NCBI GenBank assembly: GCA_007693605.1 | Contig: REDG01000035.1 | Span: forward strand, 1-64,000 | DNA length: 64,000 bases | DNA from: Bradymonadales bacterium | Lineage (GTDB): Bacteria; Bdellovibrionota; UBA2394 | Direction: 5' to 3' | Part shown: piece after piece, positions 28,643 through 38,418 of the stretch | Numbering within the stretch: position 1 is the stretch's first letter | How the letters are laid out: each line of letters opens with the position of its first letter | Notes under the pieces: model-generated | What the model saw: the letters and a program-made list of their open reading frames with translations, nothing else | Database searches by the model: none | Told to the model about the DNA's origin: nothing | Translations under genes and position numbers: made by a program

Positions 28643-29986
28643 ATGTCAGGTTCTCAGGCCGATAAGATGGCAAAAATAGTTTCCTTGTGTAAACGAAGAG
28701 GGTTCATTTTTCAATCCTCCGAAATCTACGGGGGTTTGAACTCCTGCTACGACTATGGCCCTTTGGGGGCCGAGCTGAAGTCTCGGGTGAAGTCCCTTTG
28801 GATGGACTCCATGCTTCGGGAGCATGAGAATATCAAGGCACTCGATAGCTCGATTCTGATGCACCCCAAGATTTGGGAGGCCTCGGGGCATGTGTCCAAT
28901 TTCACCGATCCCCTGGTGGATTGTCGCACTTGCAAAGCCCGATTCAGAGCCGATCAGCTCGACTTGAGTTCCTGCCCGAAAAAGCCCTCAAAAAAACCGG
29001 GCGAGTGTGAGGGGGAGTTCACCGAAGCTCGTCAGTTTAACCTAATGTTTCGCACCTTTATGGGGCCTCTGCAAGACGAGTCGGCCGTGGTGTTCTTGCG
29101 ACCTGAAACGGCTCAGGGGATCTATGTGAATTTCTTAAATGTCATGACTTCTAGCCGACAAAAGATTCCGTTTGGAATCGCGCAGATCGGAAAGGCTTTT
29201 CGCAACGAGATCACACCAGGCAATTTCATTTTTCGAATGCGTGAGTTCGAGCAGATGGAGATGCAGTATTTTGTAAAGCCAGGTGAAGACATGGCGAGTT
29301 TTGAAGAATGGAAAGAGAAGAGAATGCAGTGGCATTTGGCCATGGGAATTCGAAAAGAAAAACTTCGGTTTCATGAGCACGGGCCTAAAGAGCTTGCGCA
29401 CTATGCCAAAGCGGCTTTCGATATTCAGTACGAGTTCCCCTTTGGATGGCAAGAGATCGAGGGGATTCATCACCGAAGTGACTTTGATTTAAAACAGCAC
29501 GAAAAGTTTTCCGGAAAACGGCTAAGCGTTCACGATGTCGACACCAAAGAATCTTATACCCCCTTCGTGGTTGAAACTTCCGTCGGTTGTGATCGCGCTT
29601 TGTTGACACTCATGGTCGATGCCTATGGTGAAGAACAGGTGGAAGCCAAAGAAGGGGAAGAAGGCGGACAGCGCGTGGTACTTCGCTTTTCACCGAGAGT
29701 GGCACCGGTGCAGCTCGCCGTCTTTCCGCTTTTGAAGAAGCCTGAGTTGCAGGAAAGGGCTCGAAAGATCCACCAAGATCTTAAGAAGACCTATCGATTG
29801 GAGTTCGACGAAAGTGGCAGCATCGGAAAGCGCTATCGTCGAGTTGATGAGATCGGCGTGCTGAGTGCCGTCACCGTAGACTTTGAAACGGATTCCGTGA
29901 CGGTTCGAGATCGAGATTCTATGAAGCAAGAGAGAGTAGGAGTGGAGCAGTTGCCCGCCTATTTGGCTGAACGATTGATCACTTGA
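28643..29986 (+). CDS. glyQS: Glycine--tRNA ligase (alpha2 type)
   Basis: SLCKRRGF, DYGPLG, LRPETAQG, FRNEITP, REFEQME, GSIGKRY. Confidence 0.96.
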   Translation: MSGSQADKMAKIVSLCKRRGFIFQSSEIYGGLNSCYDYGPLGAELKSRVKSLWMDSMLREHENIKALDSSILMHPKIWEASGHVSNFTDPLVDCRTCKARFRADQLDLSSCPKKPSKKPGECEGEFTEARQFNLMFRTFMGPLQDESAVVFLRPETAQGIYVNFLNVMTSSRQKIPFGIAQIGKAFRNEITPGNFIFRMREFEQMEMQYFVKPGEDMASFEEWKEKRMQWHLAMGIRKEKLRFHEHGPKELAHYAKAAFDIQYEFPFGWQEIEGIHHRSDFDLKQHEKFSGKRLSVHDVDTKESYTPFVVETSVGCDRALLTLMVDAYGEEQVEAKEGEEGGQRVVLRFSPRVAPVQLAVFPLLKKPELQERARKIHQDLKKTYRLEFDESGSIGKRYRRVDEIGVLSAVTVDFETDSVTVRDRDSMKQERVGVEQLPAYLAERLIT

Positions 29987-29998
29987 GGAGGTGTCACT

Positions 29999-32815
29999 AT
30001 GGAACTAGCAAAGTCCAAAGTCTTGAGGTCCAAGCTGGCCGGTCAGAGAAAAGACTCCGCAAAGAAAGGCAAGAGTTCTGTGAGAAAGAGTCAGCCTGTG
30101 AGTGAGCAGCGATTGAAGAAAATGATTTGTAGCATAGGCTTTCGGGCGAGTCCCTTTGCTGAGGCGAAGGCACTGAAGTTAGATTCCAAGCGACTTGCAG
30201 AACGATTGGGCGGCAAGGGAGCGGGCCTGGTGGAGATGACTCGATTAGGGCTTCCGGTGCCCCCCGCCATCAATCTATCTACTGAGCTGTGTCAGATTTA
30301 TCTGCTTCGGGGAAGTTTGCCTAGTTCAGTCATGACTTGGACGATGAAGGCCATTCAGGGCATGGAGAAAAACCTAAACCGTGAGTTTGGTTCGGATACA
30401 AGACCCTTGCTGGTTTCGGTTCGATCGGGAGCCCCAATCTCGATGCCGGGCATGATGGATACGATTCTGAATCTCGGCTTGAACACCAAGATTGTCGAGG
30501 CTTTGTCGGGGGAGTCGGTCGACCAGGCTAGGTTTTGGTGGGATTGCTATCGTCGTTTCATTGTGGCCTTCGCAGAAGTCGTTCTGAAAGAAAGGAGAGA
30601 CCCCTTTGAGCGAAAACTTGAACGAGCGAAGAATTTGGAACGAGTGATCGAAGATTCGAAGCTTTCTGCTGAGTCTCTAAAAGACCTCTCTTTGGAGTAT
30701 CTTTCTATGCTCGGGTCGAAGTTTCCTCAAGATCCGGGCGGGCAGCTCAAGAGGGCGATTGAGGCGGTCTTTCAATCCTGGAACACCGAGCGAGCCCTGC
30801 ACTATCGTCAGTTGAATCGAATTCCTGAACATTGGGGGACGGCGGTTAACATTCAGGCGATGGTTTTCGGGAATAGAAATGAGCGATCGGCCACGGGGGT
30901 TGTGTTTACGAGAAACCCCTCGACGGGTGAGAAAAAGCTCTATGGCGAGTATCTTATCAACGCCCAGGGAGAGGATGTGGTGGCAGGCATTCGAACGCCT
31001 GAGTCGATTGAGGGCCTTTCGAAAAGATTGCCGAAGGCGGCTAAGGAGCTTCATTCGATTCTGAAGAAGCTCGAGGGGCAGTATGCAGAAGTGCAGGATG
31101 TCGAGTTCACCATTGATGACGGGCGTCTTTTTATTTTGCAGACCAGAACGGCCAAACGAACAGCCGCCGCAGCCGTTAAGCATGCGATTCAATTTGTTTC
31201 TGAAAAGAAATTGCGGCCAGAAGAAGCTTTGTTTCGCTTGAGTTTTGATCAGGTCAAGCAGATGCTCCACCCCTCTCTTCAGCCCACCAAAGAGAGCCCG
31301 CTTGGAAAGGGGCTTCCGGCGAGCCCGGGGGCCGTTTCGGGAAAGCTGGCTTTTGATGCGGAAGCCGCCGTACAGATGAACCGGGCCGAACAGCGGGTGA
31401 TTCTTGTAAGAAAAGAAACCTCGCCAGAAGACATTGTTGGCATGAGTGCTTCTGAGGGAATTCTAACAGCCACCGGAGGCATGACTTCGCATGCCGCTGT
31501 GGTTGGTCGGGGCATGGGAAAATCATGCGTTGTGGGTTGCCAGAGCCTTCAGATTGACGAGAGTCGACGCGAGCTTCGTATCGGAGATGTCGTCTTACGA
31601 GAAGGGGATGTGGTCACTCTTAATGGTTCTACGGGTGAATTTTATCGAGGAGAGTTGCCGACCTTGGCCACTAGTTGGAGTCGAGAGGCAGAGAAGTACT
31701 TTGGTTGGGCGGATCGTTTTGCACGAATGCAGGTTTTGACGAACGCCGACACGCCGGTGCAGTGTCAGACCGCGCTTGAGTTGGGCGCGAAAGGAATTGG
31801 ACTTTGTCGAACAGAGCATATGTTCTTTGAGCCCTCAAGGCTTCGTTCCTTTCGCAGGATGATTCTAACGGAAGATCAAGCGACTCGGCTTGAAGAGATT
31901 CAGACTCTAAGGGCTCATCAGACTCGAGACTTTATCGAAATTTTTCGAGTGATGAATTCTCGTTCGGTTTGTGTGAGGTTGCTAGATCCCCCTCTGCACG
32001 AGTTTCTTCCGAAACTAGAGGACGAAGCGGAGTTGCGTGTTTTGTCTGAGGACTTGGGCATGAGCCCGTTTGACTTAAAACGCCGATTGCAAAGCCTGGA
32101 AGAAAGCAATCCGATGCTGGGCCATCGGGGCTGTCGCCTCGGCATTAGCTTTCCAGAAGTTTATCAGATGCAGGTTTTAGCTCTGGTGGGAGCATTAGCG
32201 ACTCACCTTGCCAACGGTGGGCGACTCGAGTGTAAGATCATGCTCCCATTGATTGTGGCAGCGCCTGAGCTGGATTATTTGCTTTCAAGATTAAAGAGGC
32301 TGGCTTTGTCTGAAGTTCCCCAGAAGTTTCATTCTAAACTAATGAAGTCGATTAAGTGGGGGAGTATGATTGAGTTGCCCCGAGCGTGCATGGTTGCAGG
32401 AGACTTAGCGAAGGATCTTGATTTCGTATCCTTTGGAACCAATGATCTCACTCAGACCGGATTGGGAATTTCTCGCGATGATTCTCATAAGTTTATGTCA
32501 GTTTATTTGGAGAAAGGACTCTTTCCAGCTGAACCTTTCGAGCAACTCGATCAAGAGGGAATTGGCCAATTGATTCGTTTTGCAGTTGAAGCTCTTCGCA
32601 AAGCCAATCCAAAGATTGAGATTGGAGTCTGTGGCGAACATGCCGGCGACCCGAGTAGTATTGAGTTTTTTGAGCAGCTGGGGTTTGACACGATTAGTTG
32701 TTCTCCCTACCGTGTGCCAGTTGCGAGATTGGCAGCGGCCAGGGCCGTTCTTCAGACTCCAGTGAAGTCGAAGCTTCGAAGAACCGCCAAGAAGTCTTCC
32801 AAGAAAGGATCTTAA
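29999..32815 (+). CDS. ppdK: Pyruvate, phosphate dikinase
   Basis: LGGKGAGL, SMPGMMDTILNLG, GGMTSHAAVV, GLCRTEHMFF, SFGTNDLTQ, GVCGEH. Confidence 0.96.
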   Translation: MELAKSKVLRSKLAGQRKDSAKKGKSSVRKSQPVSEQRLKKMICSIGFRASPFAEAKALKLDSKRLAERLGGKGAGLVEMTRLGLPVPPAINLSTELCQIYLLRGSLPSSVMTWTMKAIQGMEKNLNREFGSDTRPLLVSVRSGAPISMPGMMDTILNLGLNTKIVEALSGESVDQARFWWDCYRRFIVAFAEVVLKERRDPFERKLERAKNLERVIEDSKLSAESLKDLSLEYLSMLGSKFPQDPGGQLKRAIEAVFQSWNTERALHYRQLNRIPEHWGTAVNIQAMVFGNRNERSATGVVFTRNPSTGEKKLYGEYLINAQGEDVVAGIRTPESIEGLSKRLPKAAKELHSILKKLEGQYAEVQDVEFTIDDGRLFILQTRTAKRTAAAAVKHAIQFVSEKKLRPEEALFRLSFDQVKQMLHPSLQPTKESPLGKGLPASPGAVSGKLAFDAEAAVQMNRAEQRVILVRKETSPEDIVGMSASEGILTATGGMTSHAAVVGRGMGKSCVVGCQSLQIDESRRELRIGDVVLREGDVVTLNGSTGEFYRGELPTLATSWSREAEKYFGWADRFARMQVLTNADTPVQCQTALELGAKGIGLCRTEHMFFEPSRLRSFRRMILTEDQATRLEEIQTLRAHQTRDFIEIFRVMNSRSVCVRLLDPPLHEFLPKLEDEAELRVLSEDLGMSPFDLKRRLQSLEESNPMLGHRGCRLGISFPEVYQMQVLALVGALATHLANGGRLECKIMLPLIVAAPELDYLLSRLKRLALSEVPQKFHSKLMKSIKWGSMIELPRACMVAGDLAKDLDFVSFGTNDLTQTGLGISRDDSHKFMSVYLEKGLFPAEPFEQLDQEGIGQLIRFAVEALRKANPKIEIGVCGEHAGDPSSIEFFEQLGFDTISCSPYRVPVARLAAARAVLQTPVKSKLRRTAKKSSKKGS

Positions 32816-32820
32816 GAGTG

Positions 32821-34287
32821 ATGAACAGTTTGGTCGGCCGTGCATGTTTTTTCCTCCTTGCCGTTTTACTGATGGGTTGTGAGGGAAGTTTTACGGGGGA
32901 TCCTCCTGAAAACCCTTCATCGCTTCTCGGCCAGGGGGCTCTGATGGAGCTAGACGGGCCCTATCAGGTTAAAGACAGAGAGTTTTTGGGGCAGCGATAT
33001 TTGATTGTAATGAATACCGCTGAGGCGCTTCGCTTCAGAAACGGGGGTCTTATCTTTTACGAGATTGAAGGGGCCGACACATTCTCCAGACGAGCTGCTT
33101 TGGATTTGAAGATTCCTCCCTTCTCAGGAGATTTTGAGGTCTACGAGCGAGAAGGGGCTTGGCATGTGTTCGTGACCGATCGGAGGAATCAGCGACTTCG
33201 GGTTTTCATTTGGGATGCCATCGAAGAAGAGTTTGAAGAGGCTCTGGATGCTGACGGCAATCCTTTTGTGTTTGAGACTTTCCGAAACCCCAGAGAGATC
33301 ATTCTTTTTACGGATCAAGGGGCCAAAGATTATCTGGCGATTAGTCACTTTAGTTCGGGGACCCTTCAGTTTTTTGATTTGGAAGAATTTCGTTGGTTTG
33401 ATCAGTCTGATCTTGTCGAGAGATTTGGCTCAAATTTTGCCCAGACCATTGCGACTGTGCGGCGAGAAGAGCTGGTCGGTGCGAGTTTTCGGATGGAGGT
33501 CGAGAATTCTGACACCATGAACCTTCGAGGGGCTTCCGGCGCTCAGCGAGCCGGTTTTGGAATAAACCCCGGACTCTTTTTGGGCGGAGATCAAAGTTTT
33601 TTTGTCTATGCTTCGAATTCGGCCTCTGCTCTTTTCGGCTTTCGTTTTGAGAGTTTTGTGAACTCTGCGAATCTACTTTGGAACCTTCGGGCTGAAGAGC
33701 GAGGATTTCGAGATCAGGACGGAAACCGAGTCGAAGGATCTCAAGAGCGTGGCTTTCGAGGGATTTCGCGAGATGGGGAGAACCATATCTTCGCGGCGAG
33801 CCGAGCCGACAATCGAATCTACAGAGTCCCCAGCTCAGAGTTTGATTTCAGCACGAATCGAAATCAGAACACTCGAGCTTACAACGAAAATGCTCAGAAT
33901 TTTGCCTTGCAGCCACAAGAGGATCTATCGGACGAGGAAGAGAATTTCGTGATCGACCGGGAGGCCAGAAAATTCCCCCGGCTCGGAGACTTGACGGTCA
34001 ACGGAAGACTAGGGGCCGTGGCGGCAGATTTGTTGTGGGTATTGTCCTATGAGGCGAGAGGAGCTGGAGGTCGAGGTTTTGAAATTTCTCGACTCTATCA
34101 GTTAGAGCTGCTCGGAGATCCTCCGCTGTATCGGATTGCAAACAGCTTTGAGTTCGCCGAAGGGGACGCCCCCCAGAAACTGCTCTTATTGGAGGATTTG
34201 GACCGCCTTGTGGTGAGCGGCTTGGGAAGCCACGAAATCTCGGTTTTCGATGCTCTGACGATGGACCTTCTGTTCAAGCTGGAGTAG
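32821..34287 (+). CDS. Hypothetical lipoprotein, likely beta-propeller
   Basis: LLMGC lipobox from ATG 32821; blade-like motifs FVTDRRNQRL, ASRADNRI, SGLGSHEISVFD. Confidence 0.7.
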   Translation: MNSLVGRACFFLLAVLLMGCEGSFTGDPPENPSSLLGQGALMELDGPYQVKDREFLGQRYLIVMNTAEALRFRNGGLIFYEIEGADTFSRRAALDLKIPPFSGDFEVYEREGAWHVFVTDRRNQRLRVFIWDAIEEEFEEALDADGNPFVFETFRNPREIILFTDQGAKDYLAISHFSSGTLQFFDLEEFRWFDQSDLVERFGSNFAQTIATVRREELVGASFRMEVENSDTMNLRGASGAQRAGFGINPGLFLGGDQSFFVYASNSASALFGFRFESFVNSANLLWNLRAEERGFRDQDGNRVEGSQERGFRGISRDGENHIFAASRADNRIYRVPSSEFDFSTNRNQNTRAYNENAQNFALQPQEDLSDEEENFVIDREARKFPRLGDLTVNGRLGAVAADLLWVLSYEARGAGGRGFEISRLYQLELLGDPPLYRIANSFEFAEGDAPQKLLLLEDLDRLVVSGLGSHEISVFDALTMDLLFKLE

Positions 34288-34302
34288 AGCCTTTTTCTTG
34301 AA

Positions 34303-34797
34303 ATGCTCAAAAGCTCTGAAATGCATCTGGTCTTGGTCGCGCCAAGAATTCCTGCGAATGTAGCGAGTGTGGCTCGAACGGCGATGGCCTTGGGGGCCAA
34401 GCTTCATCTGGTGGGGCCCTTTGGCTTTCGCTTAGACGAAAAGTCTATGGCTCGGGCATCGGTGGGCTACTTTAAAGAAGTAGACTACCAGACCTATATT
34501 GACTTCGACGACTTCTGGAAGTCGGCCCCTGTCGCGAGCTATATTTTTGTCACGAAACGGGGTGATTTTGACTACTCCGAGATCTCGTATTCACCGCCCC
34601 TTTGTTTGGTTTTTGGAAACGAAGAAGAGGGAGTGCCCCCAGAGTTTTGGGAAGTCCCAGGAGCCCAGAAATTTGTGTCTTGTCGGATTCCCACGGTCTC
34701 AGTACGCTGTTTAAACCTAGCGGTTGCGGTCGGAATACTGGGATTTGAGGTTCAAAGACAGTGGAGGCTGCAGAGAAAAATTGAGGGGGTAGGGTGA
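34303..34797 (+). CDS. trmL: tRNA (cytidine/uridine-34-2'-O)-methyltransferase, SPOUT family
   Basis: PRIPANVASVART, LHLVGPFGF, LVFGNEEEG, RCLNLA. Confidence 0.88.
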   Translation: MLKSSEMHLVLVAPRIPANVASVARTAMALGAKLHLVGPFGFRLDEKSMARASVGYFKEVDYQTYIDFDDFWKSAPVASYIFVTKRGDFDYSEISYSPPLCLVFGNEEEGVPPEFWEVPGAQKFVSCRIPTVSVRCLNLAVAVGILGFEVQRQWRLQRKIEGVG

Positions 34798-37700
34798 AGC
34801 TAAAACGCTTGTTAATGCAGGGATTCAAGTCCTTCGCAGACAAAACCGAGCTGGTTTTTGATGAGCAAATTGTTGGAGTGGTGGGCCCAAACGGCTGCGG
34901 AAAGAGCAATATTGTAGACGCCATTCGCTGGGCGATGGGCGAGCAATCCGCCAAGGGGCTTCGTGGCAAAGAGATGTCTGATGTCATTTTCGCCGGGACG
35001 CCGGCCCGAAAGGCTTCGGGTCTAGCGGAAGTCAGTTTGGTCTTTGATAACTCTGACCATCAGGCCCCTGCGCCTTATACGGATTGCGCAGAAATCATGA
35101 TTACTCGCCGGCTTTATCGAAGCGGAGAAAGTGACTACCTGATCAATCTGGTGACCGTGCGCTTGAAAGATATTCATGACCTTTTTCTGGGCACGGGCTC
35201 TTCGGCCAAAGCCTATTCCATCGTGGCCCAAGGCAAGGTAGACGAAGTGGTTTTGGCAAAACCCGAAGACCGCCGTTTCTTGATCGAAGAAGCCGCCGGC
35301 ATCGCGAAGTACAAAATCCGAAAGCAGTCGGCCGAGAGAAAAATGGAGGCCACCCAGCAAAATCTAGATCGCGTGAACGATCTCTTAAGGGAGCTGGAGA
35401 AGAATTCAAAGAACCTTGAGAGGCAGGTCGAAAAAGCGGAGAAGTTTCGCTCTCTGCAGTCTGAGTTGAAAGCCAAGGAGTGTGATTGGATTGCGGCTCG
35501 ATTGAAGCGATTGGATGAGTCAGCCGTCGCCAATCAAGAGGCCTTGCAGTCTGCTCAAGATGCTCTCACCGAAAAGCAGTCTCGGCTTGCTGAAATTGAA
35601 GCGAAGATCGAGACTCTACGGCTTGAGTCCTTGCAGTACGAGAAGATCACCGCAGAGGATTATGAGTCTTTGATGTCTACGAAAGATCAACTTGCTCGCT
35701 TGGATACCGAGAGGGAGTTGGCCCAACAGAAGATGGAGCTTTTGAACAATCAAATCGCCGAAAGGCGATCAGATGTCGCAAGGTTGGGATCAAAATTTGA
35801 GAATCAAGAGGGCTCAAGGCAGCAGCTTCAGGCAGAGCTAGAGAGACGACAGCAAGAGAGGCAGCAGGCCGATCAGAAGCTTCGAGAGCTTCAGGCGGCA
35901 AGGGATCAGGCAGAGGATCGACTCAAAGACACTCAGGCAAACCTTGAGCGGATTTCTGAGGTCTTACAGGCTCATCGCTCTGAGCTGGCGGTAGAGAGCC
36001 AGCAATTGAAGATGAAAAGGGCTGAGCTTGTAGACATTGAGCTCTATCGGGCGGGTTTGGAGTCTCGCCTAGAGGTAGAGCGGCAAGAGATCAAAAGCCT
36101 AGAGATTGAAGACCACAGCTTTAGCGAAGACTTGCAGACAAAGCTTGATGAACTTCGAGTAAAAAAAGAAGAAGAGCAAGATCTCAGCGGGCGACGGGAG
36201 CAGCTTCTCAAAGAGCGAGAGAGTTTGCTAGCGGAGCTTTCTCGGCTCGATTCGGGCTGCATCGAGAAAGAGGCCGCTATTAAAAGCCTTAAGCAGTTAG
36301 AGCAACATGCTTTGGGTTACGATGGCATGGCTTTAGAGCTCAAGAAGCAAACGGGTCTGGAGCTCCTCATGGATCAAGTCAAGTTTCGACCAGAGGCTCA
36401 GGATCTGGGCGAGACCTTGATTTATCATCTCGGCCAGTTCTTTACAGAGAGTCTTGCCGATCAAGCGCTCGAGGCTCGGTGGACGAGTCTTCTATTGAAA
36501 GCGGGCTCCAATCGCCCGGAGCGCAGTCTGAGCTCTCTGCTGGACGAGTCGTCGAGTGAGCAGGTCAAAGATTTATTCTCTGCCATTGAGCTGGTGGACG
36601 AAATCGATTGGGAGTCGCCCACGGAGTTCTGCCAGTTAGATCGAAAAGGCGGCTGGCGAGCTTCTTTGGGGGCGAGTCTGGAGTTGAGAAGTTTTGGTAA
36701 GGTTTCTAGAGAGCAGAGCCCCTTCTCTCGCCATCATGAGATCATTCGCTCTGAGCAGGAGCTTTCAGAACTAAGACAAGAGCTGGGAGCGATGCAGGCG
36801 CGAGTGGAAGACAATCTTCAAAGGCAAGAAGAGCTTCGCAAGAACCTAGAGAAGACTCAATTGGCGCGACAAGAAATTGAACAGAAGCTTGAAGCGCTTC
36901 GTCAGGATCGAGAGCTGATTTTACAGCAGAAAGCCGGAAAGAATGCTCTTGCAGAAGAGCTTTCTGAAGAGATTCAAAAGACCGAGGAAAAGATTGCGAA
37001 GAAGAACGGCGAGATTCTCAGTCTGCCTGAGTTGAAGAGCACAGAGTCGATGGAGTTGGAGCTGGCGGAGGCTCGGCAAAGACTGGCTGAGGCGAAGAAT
37101 CAACTCGATGAAAGAGACGCCGATTGGGTGGAGTACCGAATCGAATGTGGAGCTTTGCAAGAGAGGCTAGAAAGAATTCAGCAGCAGTTTGTTTCGCTCG
37201 ATATGGCTCAGTCCGAGTACAAGCACAACCAAGGTCTTTACCAAAAGGATATTGAATTGTGGGAGCAAGAGATTCACTCGCTTCGACAGAATGTCAAAGA
37301 CTGGGCTGAAAGGGGCGCTCAAGAGCGAGAGAAGGTCCAATCGCTTGAGAAGGGCCTCGCGAAGTCTAAGGATCAAGTCGCAAACTTTCGTCGTGATTTG
37401 GAGGAGCTAGAGAAGTCTCGGCGAGAGTGGGCTTCATCAAAAGAGGAGTTGGTCGAGAGTCTTCAAGCGCTGGAGCTTGAAAAACAGCGCTTTAGCCTTG
37501 AGCTTGAGGAGATCAATCGCAGTCTTGAGGAGCGCTATGAGATCTCGGCTCAACAGCTTTTGTCCTCTCTTTCAGAGGAAGACTTAGAGAGCTTGGCGAG
37601 TTCGTCCTTGGAAGAGATGGCCCTAGAGGTGAAGGCTTTGAGGGAGCGCTTGTCGAAGTTCGGAGATGTGAATCTTGTCGCCCTCACCGAATATGAAGAG

Positions 37701-38288
37701 ATGAAGTCTCGCGTGGAGTTCATGAACACTCAAAGAGAGGACTTGTTAGGCACCTTAAGCTCACTTCAGAGCATCATTGATCGGATCAATCGAATCTCTG
37801 AGTTTCGCTTTCGAGAGACTTTCAATGCGATTAACCATAATTTTCAGCTCCTCTTTCCGAAACTTTTCGGAGGGGGTAAGGCTTTTATGCGATTGACTGA
37901 TGAGTCGCAGCTCTTAGAGACCGGCGTAGAGATTTTTGCAGAGCCTCCTGGAAAGAAGATCCAGGCGATGTCTCTGTTAAGTGGAGGGGAGAAGGCCATG
38001 ACGAGCATTAGTCTGCTCTTTTCTCTCTTTGCCTATCGCCCCTCTTCATTTTGTATTCTGGACGAGGTCGACGCGCCCTTGGACGACATCAACACGAGGC
38101 GCTACAACGAGATCATTCGAGAAATGTCCTCTCTTTCTCAGTTTATCGTGGTGACGCACAACAAGCGAACCATGGAAGCCGCATCCACCCTCTTTGGGGT
38201 GACTATGCAAGAGCCTGGCTGTTCTCGAATTGTTGGGGTCAACCTCACCGAAGCCAAGGCGTTCACCACGGCAGCGGCTGAGGCTTAA
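34794..38288 (+). CDS. smc: Chromosome segregation protein SMC
   Basis: GFKSF, GPNGCGKSN Walker A, long coiled coils, LSGGEK signature, CILDEVDAPLD, VTHN. Confidence 0.96.
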   Translation: MKLKRLLMQGFKSFADKTELVFDEQIVGVVGPNGCGKSNIVDAIRWAMGEQSAKGLRGKEMSDVIFAGTPARKASGLAEVSLVFDNSDHQAPAPYTDCAEIMITRRLYRSGESDYLINLVTVRLKDIHDLFLGTGSSAKAYSIVAQGKVDEVVLAKPEDRRFLIEEAAGIAKYKIRKQSAERKMEATQQNLDRVNDLLRELEKNSKNLERQVEKAEKFRSLQSELKAKECDWIAARLKRLDESAVANQEALQSAQDALTEKQSRLAEIEAKIETLRLESLQYEKITAEDYESLMSTKDQLARLDTERELAQQKMELLNNQIAERRSDVARLGSKFENQEGSRQQLQAELERRQQERQQADQKLRELQAARDQAEDRLKDTQANLERISEVLQAHRSELAVESQQLKMKRAELVDIELYRAGLESRLEVERQEIKSLEIEDHSFSEDLQTKLDELRVKKEEEQDLSGRREQLLKERESLLAELSRLDSGCIEKEAAIKSLKQLEQHALGYDGMALELKKQTGLELLMDQVKFRPEAQDLGETLIYHLGQFFTESLADQALEARWTSLLLKAGSNRPERSLSSLLDESSSEQVKDLFSAIELVDEIDWESPTEFCQLDRKGGWRASLGASLELRSFGKVSREQSPFSRHHEIIRSEQELSELRQELGAMQARVEDNLQRQEELRKNLEKTQLARQEIEQKLEALRQDRELILQQKAGKNALAEELSEEIQKTEEKIAKKNGEILSLPELKSTESMELELAEARQRLAEAKNQLDERDADWVEYRIECGALQERLERIQQQFVSLDMAQSEYKHNQGLYQKDIELWEQEIHSLRQNVKDWAERGAQEREKVQSLEKGLAKSKDQVANFRRDLEELEKSRREWASSKEELVESLQALELEKQRFSLELEEINRSLEERYEISAQQLLSSLSEEDLESLASSSLEEMALEVKALRERLSKFGDVNLVALTEYEEMKSRVEFMNTQREDLLGTLSSLQSIIDRINRISEFRFRETFNAINHNFQLLFPKLFGGGKAFMRLTDESQLLETGVEIFAEPPGKKIQAMSLLSGGEKAMTSISLLFSLFAYRPSSFCILDEVDAPLDDINTRRYNEIIREMSSLSQFIVVTHNKRTMEAASTLFGVTMQEPGCSRIVGVNLTEAKAFTTAAAEA

Positions 38289-38418
38289 GTTCGCTCCCTT
38301 TTCGGGACTGTCGCCAAACTCTGGATTCGGGAGTGGCGTTAATGGCCCATCTGCTTCGGCGGCTGCTTCGCTCCCTTTTTGTGATGATCCTCTGCTGAAA
38401 TTTCGATAGAAGGTCTTC

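Noticed and set aside
28643..29986. Eukaryote-like alpha2 GlyRS as a sign of gene transfer
   Set aside because: This type is widespread in bacteria
31664..31674. TTGGCCACTAG inside ppdK resembling the dispersed motif
   Set aside because: Needs a deletion to align and lies mid-gene; likely chance
38289..38418. smc-ftsY gap as SRP RNA; 13-bp direct repeat TTCGCTCCCTTTT at 38290 and 38367
   Set aside because: No SRP domain IV motif; only two copies of a pyrimidine-rich word, so no function can be supported
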